64,000 nt of DNA from Lingula anatina (Eukaryota > Animalia > Brachiopoda). Under the pieces are notes generated by a model. The model had not been told where the DNA came from. It saw only the letters and a list, made by a program, of their open reading frames with translations, and did not search any database. Shown here piece by piece: positions 23,201 through 36,937 of the stretch. Made by a program: the position numbers and the translations under genes. Numbering within the stretch: the first letter of the stretch is position 1; every line of letters starts with the position of its first letter. Where the stretch lies: assembly GCA_051362555.1 (NCBI GenBank), contig CM120642.1, positions 7,812,001 through 7,876,000 of the forward strand, read 5' to 3'.

Positions 23201-23469
23201 ATTGTAATTATTATAACAATAAAAATTTCTTGTATAGCGCATTCTTTTGTCCGTGTTTTAATGAAAATTATCTAAAATGCAAAACCTAAATCATCTTAAA
23301 TTACAACCGATTTAAAGATACAAATGAAGTCTATTTTTGCCACAAAAGCCAACCAAATGCCGCCATATAGTTTCAAGTAGTGTAACTAAGAGGATTACCA
23401 AAAGACATTGTTTAATTTTACTCGAAAAATTATATTTGAACGGATTTTTCTGCCAGCATTCTATGCTGT

Positions 23470-25265
23470 ATATCAATGGGGCAGAAAAGTAGGTCACGAA
23501 AGTAGGTTAAATTTCTGATTAAAATTTTAAACAAAGGAGCAGACTGAAGCGCATTTATGGCTGATCTAGTGATTTATTCAGTTTATCCCTTGGCATGTCG
23601 AATTTATTTGTGTCGTATACGAAACTAGCAGAAGTGGTTTACCTGTATATGTGTTACTGGGAATCCACGCTCCAACGATGCTCGGTTCATATGTGCCTTT
23701 AAAACTACTAAACTGCAAAAAGAAATACATAATACATAAAGGACTTTTAATAATGTTAGTTTTAAACGATTCTCAATGTTATAATTAGTTTTATCCCTGA
23801 AATAAAAAGCTTGTAGTTCCACAATTTTTACAACAGGTTTAAAGAATGGGTTCGTATGCTCCTTTTCGTCCTTTTTCGTCTCCTTTTTCGTCTATTTAGT
23901 AAAGTCTTTTCACAATCAAAGTGGCAGGCATGAAGTACACATATCTAAAACAACAATACATGTATTGTTTCTGCTCACGACAGCTTTTAACCATTCCAAT
24001 ATTTTGGTATCTGCAAAGGTACACTCATCAGACACCAAATTACTCGCGTGGTATTGACTTTAACTTCGTGCATAAAACTTGTTTGAAAATGTTTGCACCC
24101 TTTGCTTCAATATCAAATAGAGGGTAGATAAACAATTCCATAAAAAGGCAATCAAAACATTCACGCTATGACACGAACACAATGTGCGATCTTCACAATA
24201 GCCGCACTGCAATAGGAGATGGGTATATGTGTTAGACTCACCACAAACACATTATTGTTATTGAATTGTAATTGTCTGGGTTCACCTGCGGTTCAGAGTT
24301 TGATGAAATCTCACTCATGCCTAAGCTGTTTTCAGCATCAGTATCAAAGTGTAGAGGTGAGATGAAAATGACGGTTATTAAATTTCCTGTCATCTGACAC
24401 TCGGATGGGCTGTTTCGCGAAGCAGCCTTGATCTAATTCAAAGATACATAAAAGTGTTGTCCTGTAGAAGTGTTGTCCTGTGACCTACTACTTTCTTACA
24501 AAAAATTATAAAAAGAACATATGAAAAAAAATTAAAAAATCATCTCTCGGGTAAAGTAGAAGACTTTAAAATTCCCCTTTTTTTAATTTCTGGTCGTGCA
24601 TTTGATCCACCTTACCCCTCCAACCAGTAAGGCACTAAAAATAAGCAGAAACTATGTGCACAAATATCATTTGTATTCTACAGAAAGTCAGTGGTAGTTT
24701 TTTAAGCTATACCATTTGAAACAGCAAGGTGGCGTTTGGTCGGGCTTAGTGGCAATATTTTGACATGTCTATTCGCTTAATGAACATCTTACTTAAAGCG
24801 GTGCACAGCCTTTCGATACATTCACACGTGTATGTGAAACGGAGAAATAGAAGGAAACGGCCACTGTGACGAGAAGTCATCAGGTAAAACGGTTTTCTTG
24901 GCACGGAAACCTGAATCGATAACCAGAAACTTCAAAGCATGTATCAGTGGCTTTTACGGTTATCTTCCTAGTGTGTTCGTTAAAATTCAATTCTTTGCTT
25001 CAAAAACCGGCTGAATGCCACTGTATAGTTTTAATAGTATAACTATAACACTGATCTTTCTGCTTGCTTTCTGTGCTTTATATAAACGGGGCAGGTAAGT
25101 AGGTCAATACGTCAATACGTTCTTTTATGGGTGATCGAGTTTTTAATTAGGTTTAGCCCTTGGCATGTTGAGTTGATTTGAGTCAAATAAGAAACTAGTA
25201 GGAGTAGTTCATATGCGTTACCTGCAACCCACACTCCACCGACGCTCGGTTTAAATGTGCCTCAA
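23470..25265 (+). repeat. Two diverged direct copies of a ~200-bp element (~23470-23700 and ~25085-25265)
   Basis: Shared blocks GGGGCAG...AGTAGGTCA, CCCTTGGCATGT, GAAACTAG and CCAC.CTCCA.CGA.GCTCGGTT.A.ATGTGCCT. Confidence 0.6.
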
Positions 25266-25659
25266 AGCGAAACCAACGAATTTGTTACTTTCCTACCCAG
25301 AGCGTACTTACTAATAATGAAAAAGAGCGAGAATTACAGAGAGAGATTTACCACTTTTGCAATTTTTATTGTACGAAACAAAAGAGATGTTTAATATACC
25401 CCTCTGTACTAACAGTATATGCAGATTACACTAAAAAGTGAATAAGTAGAACACAGATAAAAAAGTAGCAACCTTGAGTGATTCCAAATTCTCGCTTGAT
25501 CAGTTTATATAACTGGGTTATTTTTTTGTGAATTTAACGCAATTTTTGCTTTCGTTACCTTTCTTCAATCAGTATTTTCTCAAAAATCTCTCACTTTCTA
25601 ATTTGTCTTTAAGTCTGATGTTCATATTATAGTGTAAGATAGCAAGTATGAGATGATAT

Positions 25660-25857
25660 CCCTTGGCAAAACTAAAAAAGTTTGCAGCAACGAGTTTGAA
25701 GAAGTTTGCAAGAAAATTGTATTGTTGCTAATTTACGGCCATATTGCTGCAAATTTCTGCAAATTTGAAAGAAGGAATTGCAGTTTGCAGCAATATTGCA
25801 GCAAATTTGCTGCGAATTCGCTGAGAAGTTGCAACAGGCCTGATATTTTGCTAAGGG
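25660..25857. mobile_element. Small MITE-like inverted-repeat element
   Basis: Termini CCCTTGGCAAAA and TTTTGCTAAGGG, with internal reiterated TTTGCAGCAA/TTGCTGCAAA units in both orientations. Confidence 0.55.
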
Positions 25858-25985
25858 ATGGTGGTAATAGATAATTTTTCAATTGAACAAAGTTGTCCTT
25901 ATCACTAGATGCTATCAAAAAATCGATTTTGACAACCAAAGTATCTACAAATCTGATGGAAGACTTTATCTTCTCATGTTCTGCT

Positions 25986-26027
<42 letters not shown>

Positions 26028-27930
26028 AGAGAGAGAGAGTAAAAATAGAGTAAAAATAGACTGAAAACCAGACCCAAAGTAAAAGAAGGCTACATATTGC
26101 AATTACGCTTGAGAGCGGTATATACATATGCTATTGCAACAGACAAAAACCATTACATCCAACGGGTAAAAACACTTGGATAAAATTTTAAGTATGTACT
26201 TGATAATTAAAGAAAAGGTTTTCGTGCTATCAACCAACACTTGTTTCAATAAACCGAAAGATGTTAATCAGTGCTTGACAGGATTCCGTTAATCGTAAAC
26301 ACACTTAAACACGCTCGGCCTTTATTAAATGTTCGAGGGCTTCGAGCTTTCGAGTTACGCTACCTGCGCATATTTAACCTTGTTCCCATGCACATTTGGT
26401 TCAAACAAACATTAAATGTGACAATTAAAAACTCACAAAGATTAAAAGTCTTCAGAGTTTATTGGATTACTGTACCAAATGCGACCTGTAATAGTTATGA
26501 CCATATGTTTTATGGTCGGTATACATATGCCTGTTTCTGAAGTTTGACTGTATATCCTGATGCACACACTTGATTCAAAGAGATCGATACCTTGTGAACA
26601 TCGAGAAAGAAAATCCACAGAAGTGTCAATTCAGTTATCTGATATTGGACTAACATTACATAGGGCGAGATAGATTTATACAACATGACATTTAGTTATA
26701 CGCCGAGCAGAGTATTATTCACCGATAGCATCTCCCAATGGGCGCATTATCTCATTTGAAAAAAAATACCCGTCAAATCCATTGCTGTATGTCAAATCCT
26801 GCATTGTCTTTGTTTATGCAGGCGTAGTAAACTCCTTCAAGCTGTTGCCTTTTTTATTCAAGGAGATAAACATTTAGGGTTTCTGCTCAATGGAATGAAT
26901 TGCCTTTCTGTCAAAATCTCGCACTAAGCAATATTACAAGATTGAAAGCAATAAATGTCAGATGCAGAATGTACCCTGTCGGTTGTCGTATTAGCAAACA
27001 TTGTCCAAGTCACAAGAATACCTAGAAGGCTTACAATAGCGTTTTCTTGTGTCCAAATGCATATGTGTTATATTCTCTTTTTGTATAAAATAAGCTAATG
27101 ACTGTCTTAGGCTACGGATTGTAACGTTAATTACGAGGCAGGAGAATTGTAGTAAAAATGTGTTTTGTTTTATACCGTCTGCCGCATATATGACCTATTG
27201 ACACTTTTAAAAGTATCTGCTTGTCATGGCTTTCCATAAAGGCTTAACTGTGTTCTGGTGGGCGAGTGTTTATGTGGGCGTGACATGATAAATTAAGGAA
27301 CAAACAATAAATGGATAGACGCAAATAATTAACGAAATGCCTCAAATGGACAATCAGGATTGTTTATTTTTCCTCTTGACCCCCGATAATATAATTCATA
27401 CGGCGAATAGCATTGCAATATTCGATTTGTGCAACGACAGAGACTAGGTAATTATATTTGACGTTTCAATTCATGTGGTCAAGCCGCAACAAAAAGCATG
27501 CTTTCTTTCAGTGCCGTGATAAGCACCGCGTCACTTAAGGAGCGTCTTCGGCTTTGCACACACAAACGTCGAATCGATGAGATAGATTTAAACCAACACA
27601 TATAAAGTCTACATGCTTTTGGGTAAAGGAGAACAAACCATACAGCAGAGAGATATATCCTGATCTGTCCTGCAGTTCATGATCGGAACCGGGTTTCCAC
27701 AAATTTAATCAAAGCGCTGAAACACTTCTGAAAGTATTTGAACAGGAATCAACAGTGTTTATTTCCCAGTGTGACACTATCCGCAACGGGAATCCTAATT
27801 TAACCAACGCTTGTGCGTGCAGAGTTTGAAATCTGACCTTACCACTCTTTAGTTTATCACAGGACATCGGACATTGCAAAATTCTTTTAAATTCTCCTCC
27901 AGCAATTCAGGTTTGGCACAGTCACGGACG

Positions 27931-29037
27931 ATGGTAAGCAACGTTAGTACCTTCAACTACATCAATTATAACTTGTCCATCCTCTACCCAGATTTGAACG
28001 AGGGGCATTTTTGTTGGTTTACGCACGAAGCGTGCTGGTGCACTACAATATACATCATTGCCGCCATTGGGCTTCTTGCTAACGGAACAACGTTTCTCGT
28101 CGTCCTGTGTAGTCGAAGGCTTAGAAACAAGTCTACATTCACGTACATACTGTTTTTGGCCGCCGCAGATAACTGTGCGTTACTTTTCCAAGCTTATGAA
28201 TGCGTGACATTCAATAGTGTACGGCCGAACACAAGGGACTTGTGCTTATTTGACAGCATTGGGACATATTTCAACGATTGTTTTCTGTACTTGTCCATCT
28301 TCTACGTGTTGGCGGTGACCGTAGAACGGTTAATCATCGTGAAAAAACCGCTTCAAGCGTCGGTTTTATGTACTAAAAAGATCGCTGTGATTACTTGTTT
28401 AAGCATAGCTGCAGCCGTGGTGGTTTTAAATACCTACGATCTGGCGCGCTGCTCCGTAGATCCAGTAGTCCGATTGAGCATGAGAGACGTCGGAAATTAT
28501 GTGTATACGTTTGGCCACACGGCCATATCTATTTTCCTTGCAGTGGTCGCTGTTCTGATAGTTTGGAAACTCCGTAACGTCAGCAAGTTGCGTAAGGAAA
28601 TGGCGCCATCGTCCATCGGTGTTTCTTCTCACAGGAGAACACATGCGCTTCTCTTGGTGACGACTTTCAGTTTCATTATCCTTAATTGGCCTATTTATGG
28701 GTTCGAAATCTACATGTCCACTCTCGAAATGCAAGGGCACCGGATCCGAAAGGACATACCTAACATTTATCTGGTGATCCGAGAAGGTTTGTTTCTCCTC
28801 AGCAAAACCAATCACTGCGTCAATTTCTTTCTGTATGTTGCCTCCGCCAAAATATTCCGGGACGAAGTGAAACACGTGTGTTGCCGCACCGTTGTAGCTA
28901 CCTGGCAAGAACGTAGCATTGGAAGCAGTGTAGGCGGGGCGAGGCGTCCGAAGCGAGCGACAGGGGAGGCCTACAAGAGTACACACGAGGAATTTGGTCA
29001 GCGGGGGTCAAGCTGGACAATCACTACGTCTCTGTAG
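27931..29037 (+). CDS. Rhodopsin-like (class A) GPCR, intronless CDS, ~368 aa, resembling the invertebrate FMRFamide/sex-peptide-receptor-like orphan group
   Basis: Seven hydrophobic segments with GLLAN (TM1), LAAAD (TM2), TVERL (DRY equivalent), FIILNWP (TM6) and NHCVNFFLY-ASAKIFR (TM7 and helix 8). N-terminal NVS and NLS sequons and a CC motif after helix 8. First in-frame ATG at 27931, just after a candidate splice acceptor near 27910. Confidence 0.92.
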   Translation: MVSNVSTFNYINYNLSILYPDLNEGHFCWFTHEACWCTTIYIIAAIGLLANGTTFLVVLCSRRLRNKSTFTYILFLAAADNCALLFQAYECVTFNSVRPNTRDLCLFDSIGTYFNDCFLYLSIFYVLAVTVERLIIVKKPLQASVLCTKKIAVITCLSIAAAVVVLNTYDLARCSVDPVVRLSMRDVGNYVYTFGHTAISIFLAVVAVLIVWKLRNVSKLRKEMAPSSIGVSSHRRTHALLLVTTFSFIILNWPIYGFEIYMSTLEMQGHRIRKDIPNIYLVIREGLFLLSKTNHCVNFFLYVASAKIFRDEVKHVCCRTVVATWQERSIGSSVGGARRPKRATGEAYKSTHEEFGQRGSSWTITTSL

Positions 29038-29856
29038 GACCTTACTGGAATGGCTGATATGAATTAACATTCTGTCTGACCTCTTAGGCAATAACATAGG
29101 TTTGCTGATGGTCAAAGATTACTACCATGGCCTGTTTGTATATGGAACCTTTGGGCGACCGTAAAGATCATTGCTTTTTATGTAGATTTTTAATCGCCGA
29201 CCCCAAAATTAGTATGAAGCAATTTTGACATTTTTTTTCCAATTTAATTCGCCCCTAGGATAAGATAGTATGAACCGTTATGAAGGCAGAAATTAAATGA
29301 CACTAAAGAAACTGTGCTTATGAATATAAAAATTTAATCTATAGCCGTACTTATATTTGCTGTATCTCTATTGTAATTATCTTAAACTTGGATGGTTTGT
29401 TAATTAGACACACAAACAGACAGGACTCTTGAAAAATGGTTGTAAAATGAACGATTAAACAGGATAAGAACTGTAGTCTTCACTAATACCTGTCGAACGG
29501 AAACTGTTGTAGTGTAATTGTTGAAAATGCGTTTAAACGTATATATTTTTTCTTTTTAATCCGTACGGCGTTACATACTTGTGAGTTTAAAAAGGTGAAT
29601 AAACGGTACTTCATCAAACTTTGCTATAAGTAGTATTTCACGTTAAATGTAGTGGTGAATGAGCAGCAACCATGTCGACAGCCTTGAGACTCGGCTGGAA
29701 TATTAAAACAATATTTTGATAAGCTGATGTAAATGTTACGTTCAATCTCACCGTGTACAGAAATAAATGAAAGCGATATCGAAATGAATAATTACATGTG
29801 TACCGTTTCTGTTCCAACTAACTGCTGCTGTATTGGCGTCACCAATTCGCTGCCAC

Positions 29857-29889
<33 letters not shown>

Positions 29890-32722
29890 CAGTAAGCTCC
29901 CTGTCTGTAGCGGTCGTTTTTTAATACAGTTGGTCATTTTTAGGCTTGTCATGGTGTGGTACATGTAGCGAGACTTCGCTACAATTTTACTCGCCAAATT
30001 ACCCAACATAAGGAAATTGAAGTATTATGAATCTTGATACTGCCATACTGGAGAATTATTCTGTCATCATATCAGCCGTGTGTGCGGAAGTAATTTACTT
30101 TTTTTGCATTACTTTTTTACTCTCCGGTGGTTTAGACTTTACATGAAAAGGTAATCTCGATGTAAAATGTCAGACTTCACCGAAAGCAACGCAGATGTCA
30201 TTTCCATTTACTTGTGATATGCTTCTCATCTTTGCCTCTCGAGAAAAAAGATTAAGGCATACGTTCTTTCTATTTTGGTGAAAAATCTTTCTTAGTTAAA
30301 AGATAACTGCCCACAATACAAAAAAATGACGTAATGGCCATCTCAAGGAAGGGCAACTAACTGAAAGCGACTCTGATATGCCGTATGGTGCCAATTCATC
30401 ATTTAAAGCAATTACTATTGTAATATTAATCTTCTTTATTTCACATGTATTTTGTAAGTCTCTGAAGCATTCGTCTTTCAAATGACACTAATGTGTCTCA
30501 TCTAGATCTGGGCCTCTTGTCTCTGTGTCCTCCTTGGTCCAAGTTGGTGATACATTTTTATTAATTTGGCATAAAAGCACCGTCTCTCAAGAGGATTGAA
30601 CTGAGTGAGATTTACATGCCCACCTTGTCAAATCAATTGATGGAGACATAGATAATTTTGGTCGTAGTTACAGTAGCAGTGGAGTTGAACCATTGTACTC
30701 AAAGCAGAAATCATGCTGGGTGGGGCCGTGATTCATTGCGCTATCGCACGCGAACAGGCAATAATTCATTTGTATGTACACACCACAGCGCTCACACACA
30801 CACACACACACACACACAAACGCACACACACACGCACTGAAGGACACAGGATTACCCTAAGGGAGGAAGGGATCCTTTCCTTCGTAAGATTTTTTTTTTT
30901 GGGGGGGGGGGAGGGGATGTGGAGGAAAGGATGGGCTCGTGATAAGGGAGTGGTTCATGCCCCATAAACACTGCACACACCAGTACACATGAGCACGAAT
31001 TTTCTAGCAATGACTCATAGCATTTGATCGAACTTTATTTACTTGAATAGCTCACTTTCGCAAGATACCATATCACATTACTTTATTTTACTTGACAAGG
31101 CCTTAATGAAGATATACTACGTGACTAGGAATACTTCTTGAAATTTGGTGATAAATGGAGTATCAAAGTTCGAAATCAATCGCTTTGAACAAAGTCTTGT
31201 CTGAAAAACAATTTCGACAACCGTTTAACGGATACTCGTAGAAAACTTACAATATTACATGTACATCCGAGCAGGAGAGCTTTCAGACAATCTGGGGACG
31301 ATGTATTTGTCAAACACCACGTGTATGCGTATAAGGAGGCTTGTATGTTTTCGAGTGGCAGATGCAAATTTTGTGTAGAATTATCTGAATCAGAGAGATA
31401 TCATGATGACGTTCTTCCTGTCTGCCCAGGAGGATTCGATAAACTCTTAATGTCATATACCTGGGACCCTCAGCATCCGAAAACTAAAGTTTCAGTGACT
31501 TAATCTTGGCCACTAACCTGATAAGTTGATTAGAAAATAATTATCATTAAATGCACCATTTATAGGTCTAGAAATAATTGAAATAAACGTGCACGCTCAA
31601 AATGATCGATTACATTAACTTATACTGTAGGATGATAGGATGGTGGCAATTTAAAAGAGTGTTTTATTTTGCATCAGAAGATCAATATCACTTAAATGTT
31701 GGAATACCGTGGGTTTTCACTAATTTTTGTTGATATTCGCCCCTTTCAATTTAACCATATCATAATTCCTACACCTCAAAGAATATCAACAAATTCTACT
31801 ATAAGCTGCTGGAAACAATGTTTTAGCTACAATATATGCAACCTTTTGTAAATAAAAATACTGACAAAAAATTGCATTTTTACCTTTAACAATGACATGA
31901 AAGGGGGGGGGCAAATTATTAGACGTACAAAAAAACCCTTAATTGCTATATGGATAATCGATAAGAGCTAAACAAGCCAAGTTGCTAGATTTCTCGTCTC
32001 ATAAGACTTCACGTAGTACTGATATTCTCCTTTAAGGCTATTCCCATTGGTTATAAGCTTTATCTCAAAATCAGCTGAGAAGCATTGTCGTTAAGGTTGT
32101 TAAGATAAAGACGAAGGGTGTCTCAGATTTTTTTATCAGACCTTATGTTGCAAAATCTGAACTCTATTCGCCGGAGAACAAAAGCAGACAGAACTGCATA
32201 ATGCGGATTTCTCCATTCTTTTTGCTTCTTTATACTTCAGTACCAGCCAATATGGAAAGAAACCGAGAAAAAGTAATGAATAATTGCTATAAAACAGTTG
32301 TGCAAATATTACACACAATACGTGCCCCTGACGTAACCAAAATATTCACTTTTTTTAATAAACCACACTATCGTTACAATTTCAAAGATCAAAATATAAA
32401 AATATGAAATATTAAGTCAAATTCTAATCTGTTACTTACATATCTGTATGTGCACGTGTGGGTTTTTACACAAATACGCGTACATGCGTGTCATACTAGG
32501 GTGAAAATTAATCGGGGCAGTTTTAAAACTAGTTTAGCTAGCATTCTTGGCCAAGATTTTACTTAATAAAAGCCAGCTTAATTCCAACTGAACCACCTAC
32601 TTCGTTAACGGTGCATAATCCCCTTGAGCTTTTATTAGATTAGTGCATGTATGAAGTAGTGATTTAAAGGTACTCATTTGAATTTCCGTTCGATCTTACT
32701 ATTTCCTATGATTAAGCTTGTC

Positions 32723-32764
<42 letters not shown>

Positions 32765-35700
32765 CGTGCGAATGCTATAAACCATTGGTGGACTTTGCTA
32801 ACTGATGGCAGAGTTAAGGGAGGCACAAAATTATTGCTGAAAACAAGTTAACGGTCAGTTTTTATCGATAAATTCATTTGACCGCGAGGCATATGGTCAA
32901 TTCGAGTCACAGTTCGTGTTTTGCTAATTCCCAAGGTTTGAAATTGTGTTTTTGTTGCACATCGTGCTTTTCTGGGAAAAGGCATTACTTTTCCCCGATT
33001 ACCATTCTGTAAATGTCCAAGGTAATAGCACTATCTAGTAAATGTAAATAATGCGAATTAGCTTCACTCAAACTGTTGAAATTAAAGCTGTCACTTGTAA
33101 ACAACTCGCCAATAGATCGAGAAAGAGAGAGAGTTTTAATCTCCAAGAAAAAAAGAAACCTAATACCACTAAAAAGCACTTGTTGTACTATCTAAACAAT
33201 ATCACATTTAAATTGATCGTAATTATGCTCTATGAACTCTTATCGTGAGTCTCAGAAAACGGATGACAGGTGGAGTGGGGAGAAGATTAGGGAGATTAAA
33301 ATAGGAAAACCCAATACCACCTGAAAGTACTCGTAATACCGTAACACCGTGATGTAGTATACTTAATCATAAGTACGCTCTTTGAACGTTGTTAACGTGT
33401 CTCGGATGACAGATCAAATTCGACGTCAATTATTGTTCATGATTGTGTGAGGTTGATAAATAAAACATGATATGGGGTCGTGGCAGAGAAATCTGTTATC
33501 TATATTTCCTTTTAATCTTTTCGTGCGGAGGCGGGCTTTGACCGTGCAAAATCGTACGGATTCACGGCCTCTGTGACCTCTACGGTTTTTGTCAAGCTGA
33601 AACTTTCGACAACTTAAGCTTAGATTACATTTTTCATGCGATCTCCGTATGGTGCTCGTGTACTGCCCGAAAGTCCTACCCATACAATGTAAAGATATAA
33701 CATTAACTTAATCGGTAGCATGTCTTCACTTGCGATTAAAAAAATCGCACGGAATATCGTATATGATTTCATCGTACGTCGCCCGTGGGAAATGTAACCT
33801 AGACTTAATATTAATAGTCTTAGCTCAGAACAAGTTTTGACTTGAGGTGGTCGAGTCTAATTCAGAAATATTATTTCTCTGGGGATTTTGTCTTTCTTCA
33901 AAATATGGAATCTGATCACTTAATGGGTTAATTTTTCATTTATACATGTACGAAAGGGTCCAGAACGACTTGACTTTTCTGACATGGATCTAGGCAGTCT
34001 ATCAAATTTTGACAGCATATGTTCAAAGCGAAATTTCATGTCAGGAATTTAAAATTATCTCCCCGCAGACAAATAGTCGTGTAGAAGATTAAAAAAAGGT
34101 TGCGGCGCGGACAGCAGTTGAATTAGGTTAACAAAATAAAGATAATTCAATTTACTCCTTTTTTTGCCTTGTTCAAGTGCTAATCAAGAAACCATGCGGA
34201 CATGATAAAAATACACCAGTTGGCCTTTGACCGTCAGAAGAACATGTGAAATATGAAAAAGGTTCACGTAAATGTGTGCGTGTGTGCGTGCGTGCGTGCG
34301 GGTTTGGTCAACAGCCCTTCTCGCACCTCAAGGTAGTTAAGCACGAAAACAAAACATTGATTCGTGCCCTCGTTATGAAACCAAGCCACAAGCGGGTTTC
34401 GATGGTCTTGATTCACATATTATCTTAAAAGTTCACCCTTGGCAACTTCATCAAATCATTCAAGTATTTAAATTTCAACTGTTTCTTTTAAAGAAAATTA
34501 CAGAGTTTGGCAATTTTCTGTTGTTTTTTTAATGTCCATGTTTAGAGTAATTTACTAGTATAAATTTCAAGTGGCGTGTCTCCTTATTCTGACAACGTGG
34601 GTATTATAGAAAACAACTCAACAAACTAAACGTTGTTGTTAATCTAAGACAACACCTACAAAATTTGTCTCAATCTATGAAAACACAGAACCCATTGTAA
34701 TTGCCAATATGCAAAAACAAGAAAATAAATGACTGAACGAATACATAAAAAGCAAAACAAATGAGTGCACAATTGAACAAAAGGTGCACTTGTATAAAAA
34801 AGTCTGAGAAAACGAAACTTGTCCATGAATAAAATTCCGAACTAATGTACTTGTATAATTGGGACTCATGTTCACGTATGTCTCTTGAATCACAGAATTT
34901 AGAGAGTTCAGGTTGACAAGGGTGCCACGATTCACGAATTTTACCAAGCTGAAGGGGTTCAAAATGTGTATACTGCTTTACCTACAGAGAGAAAGTTTGT
35001 CGCGCTTCTATACATTTGGTCGATAACCAAACCGAACCGTTAATGTTTTTAGACCAGTCTCGAAATAAAATCCATTTTTTTTCTCTTAGACATTCCCGAA
35101 AAAATTGGACAGTTGACGAAGACGGATTGCAAAAATTACCGATTATCATCACAAATATATCATAATCAGTTAGGTAATCGGCTTCGTTTAGAATACATCA
35201 GGAAAATGAACCAACTTTTAGTGCAACAGTAATGGAAATTCTGAACGAGTAATGAATAAGGGTTAAAGGGTATTACAGTTGATTTGAAATAAAGCAATTT
35301 GAAGTAATCATCTTTTCCTCCAGAGACAGTCAGCCATGGTTTTACTTCTAGGCAACAGTTTGAGTCCGTGTTCACCATCTGTAATGTAGAAACATGACTT
35401 AGAGCTCTAGATGGCCGTGTCACTTTTAATAGTACAACATTGTGTTCGAGTCTATTATATTTAACTTTTCTTTAAGTCAAAGTTAAATTTCATTCAGTGT
35501 TTAATCTGATATTGATATGAGTATTGTAAAATCTGATTCTACGCATTTTATTTGTCGCACTGGAATGGGTTGTGCAGAGAAAATGTATAACGCCATGCCA
35601 CAGTCAGGTTTTCTGATATTAAGCAATGTGACTTTGCAACTGATGATTTTTCCAACTGTTGATACGACAGCTCAGCAGTCCTTAGAGTACTTACTGCATC

Positions 35701-36937
35701 TATCCACGGCTGAAGCTTCTGACAGAATAATCAATACATGTGTTTTGCTAGAAAATTATTCTGTGTGGGTAGGGAGAAAGGTAGTGGGTGGGGTGGATGG
35801 GTGCATTTTTGATAATAAAAAGACACGACCAAGTCTTTCGGCGCAGTCAAGCGGTCGTACAGAGGTACATGTAATTTTTTTCTTCTTTTTATTTTGCAAA
35901 AGAGCAATTCTTGGCGTTGGTTTTACAGGTACATGTACAATGTATTAGGAGCAGACTATTCTTGCTTTTATCAAAAAAAAAAAAAAATGGGGGGGGGGGC
36001 TCTAAACATAGACATTAAAGAAGATATTTACCACAGAAATTCAAAATGGTTTTCATTTTATACATTCGAACTATATAGAAAATGGGAAAGGAGATGCTCT
36101 CGAGTGTGGAATATTTTGCATTATCTATCGCCAGATCTTTGTATTGACAATTTTGCAGATCGAAGGTCATATCAAAATTCTACGTATAAATACAGTTTTA
36201 GTATCAACTTCAAAAAATCGTCGCGCTTCACAACATGTATTTGATCTCTGTGGGCTAGCTGTTTATGGCTATTTAGGATTTAATGATTTGATGCGAGCAC
36301 ATATGAGTTCCAATTTACTCTTTCTTTATTGATAAATCTTGTCTCTGTCATTGATAATCTCCGACTCCACAAGTTAAATGTTAACTTTACAATCTAGGGT
36401 AACTAGAATAGGAGATAGATTAATGATTTTCAGAAAAGATGATAAATAAATAACGCATTTCATAATAAGCTTCTGAAATGACCGTTATCAGAAAAAAAAT
36501 GGATTACTTTGCTTGTCGCAAAATTGACAATTTAAGATCGTGTTAGTCAGGTATATATTTTCGGTATATATGTTTCAGTTATGTGTAAAAGAAAAGGCTG
36601 GTTAGGTTATCTAACCATAAAGTTACGTAAGTGCACATGGAGAACGGTTAAATCCACCATATTTGTCTTAAAGACATATATAGTAGAGCGCCGTATCGGC
36701 GATATCTTGTTTCAAAATTAGTGCCGATATAGATTAAATGCATATGCCAACACTGTTGAACATATAGCGCCCATAGGTATAGGCACTAAATACTTAAAAT
36801 TCCCTTTAAACTCTCACCCATTAAAACTGTCATGCCTAGGATGTACAGAATGTCATCGTCATAGATAATGCCTTAGTTTATCTGTTTCGTCAATGGTACT
36901 GGTAAACTGGTGCATTATTTCAATAAAAATACCCAAA

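Noticed and set aside
28426-28986. 186-aa minus-strand ORF
   Set aside because: It is the antisense shadow of the GPCR CDS with no recognisable motifs.
29100-36900. Many short ORFs in the intergenic region, and microsatellite-derived ORFs elsewhere (YIYIYI, HTHTHT, ERERER)
   Set aside because: They are low-complexity or random ORFs, many with non-ATG starts, and have no splice-consistent structure or motifs.
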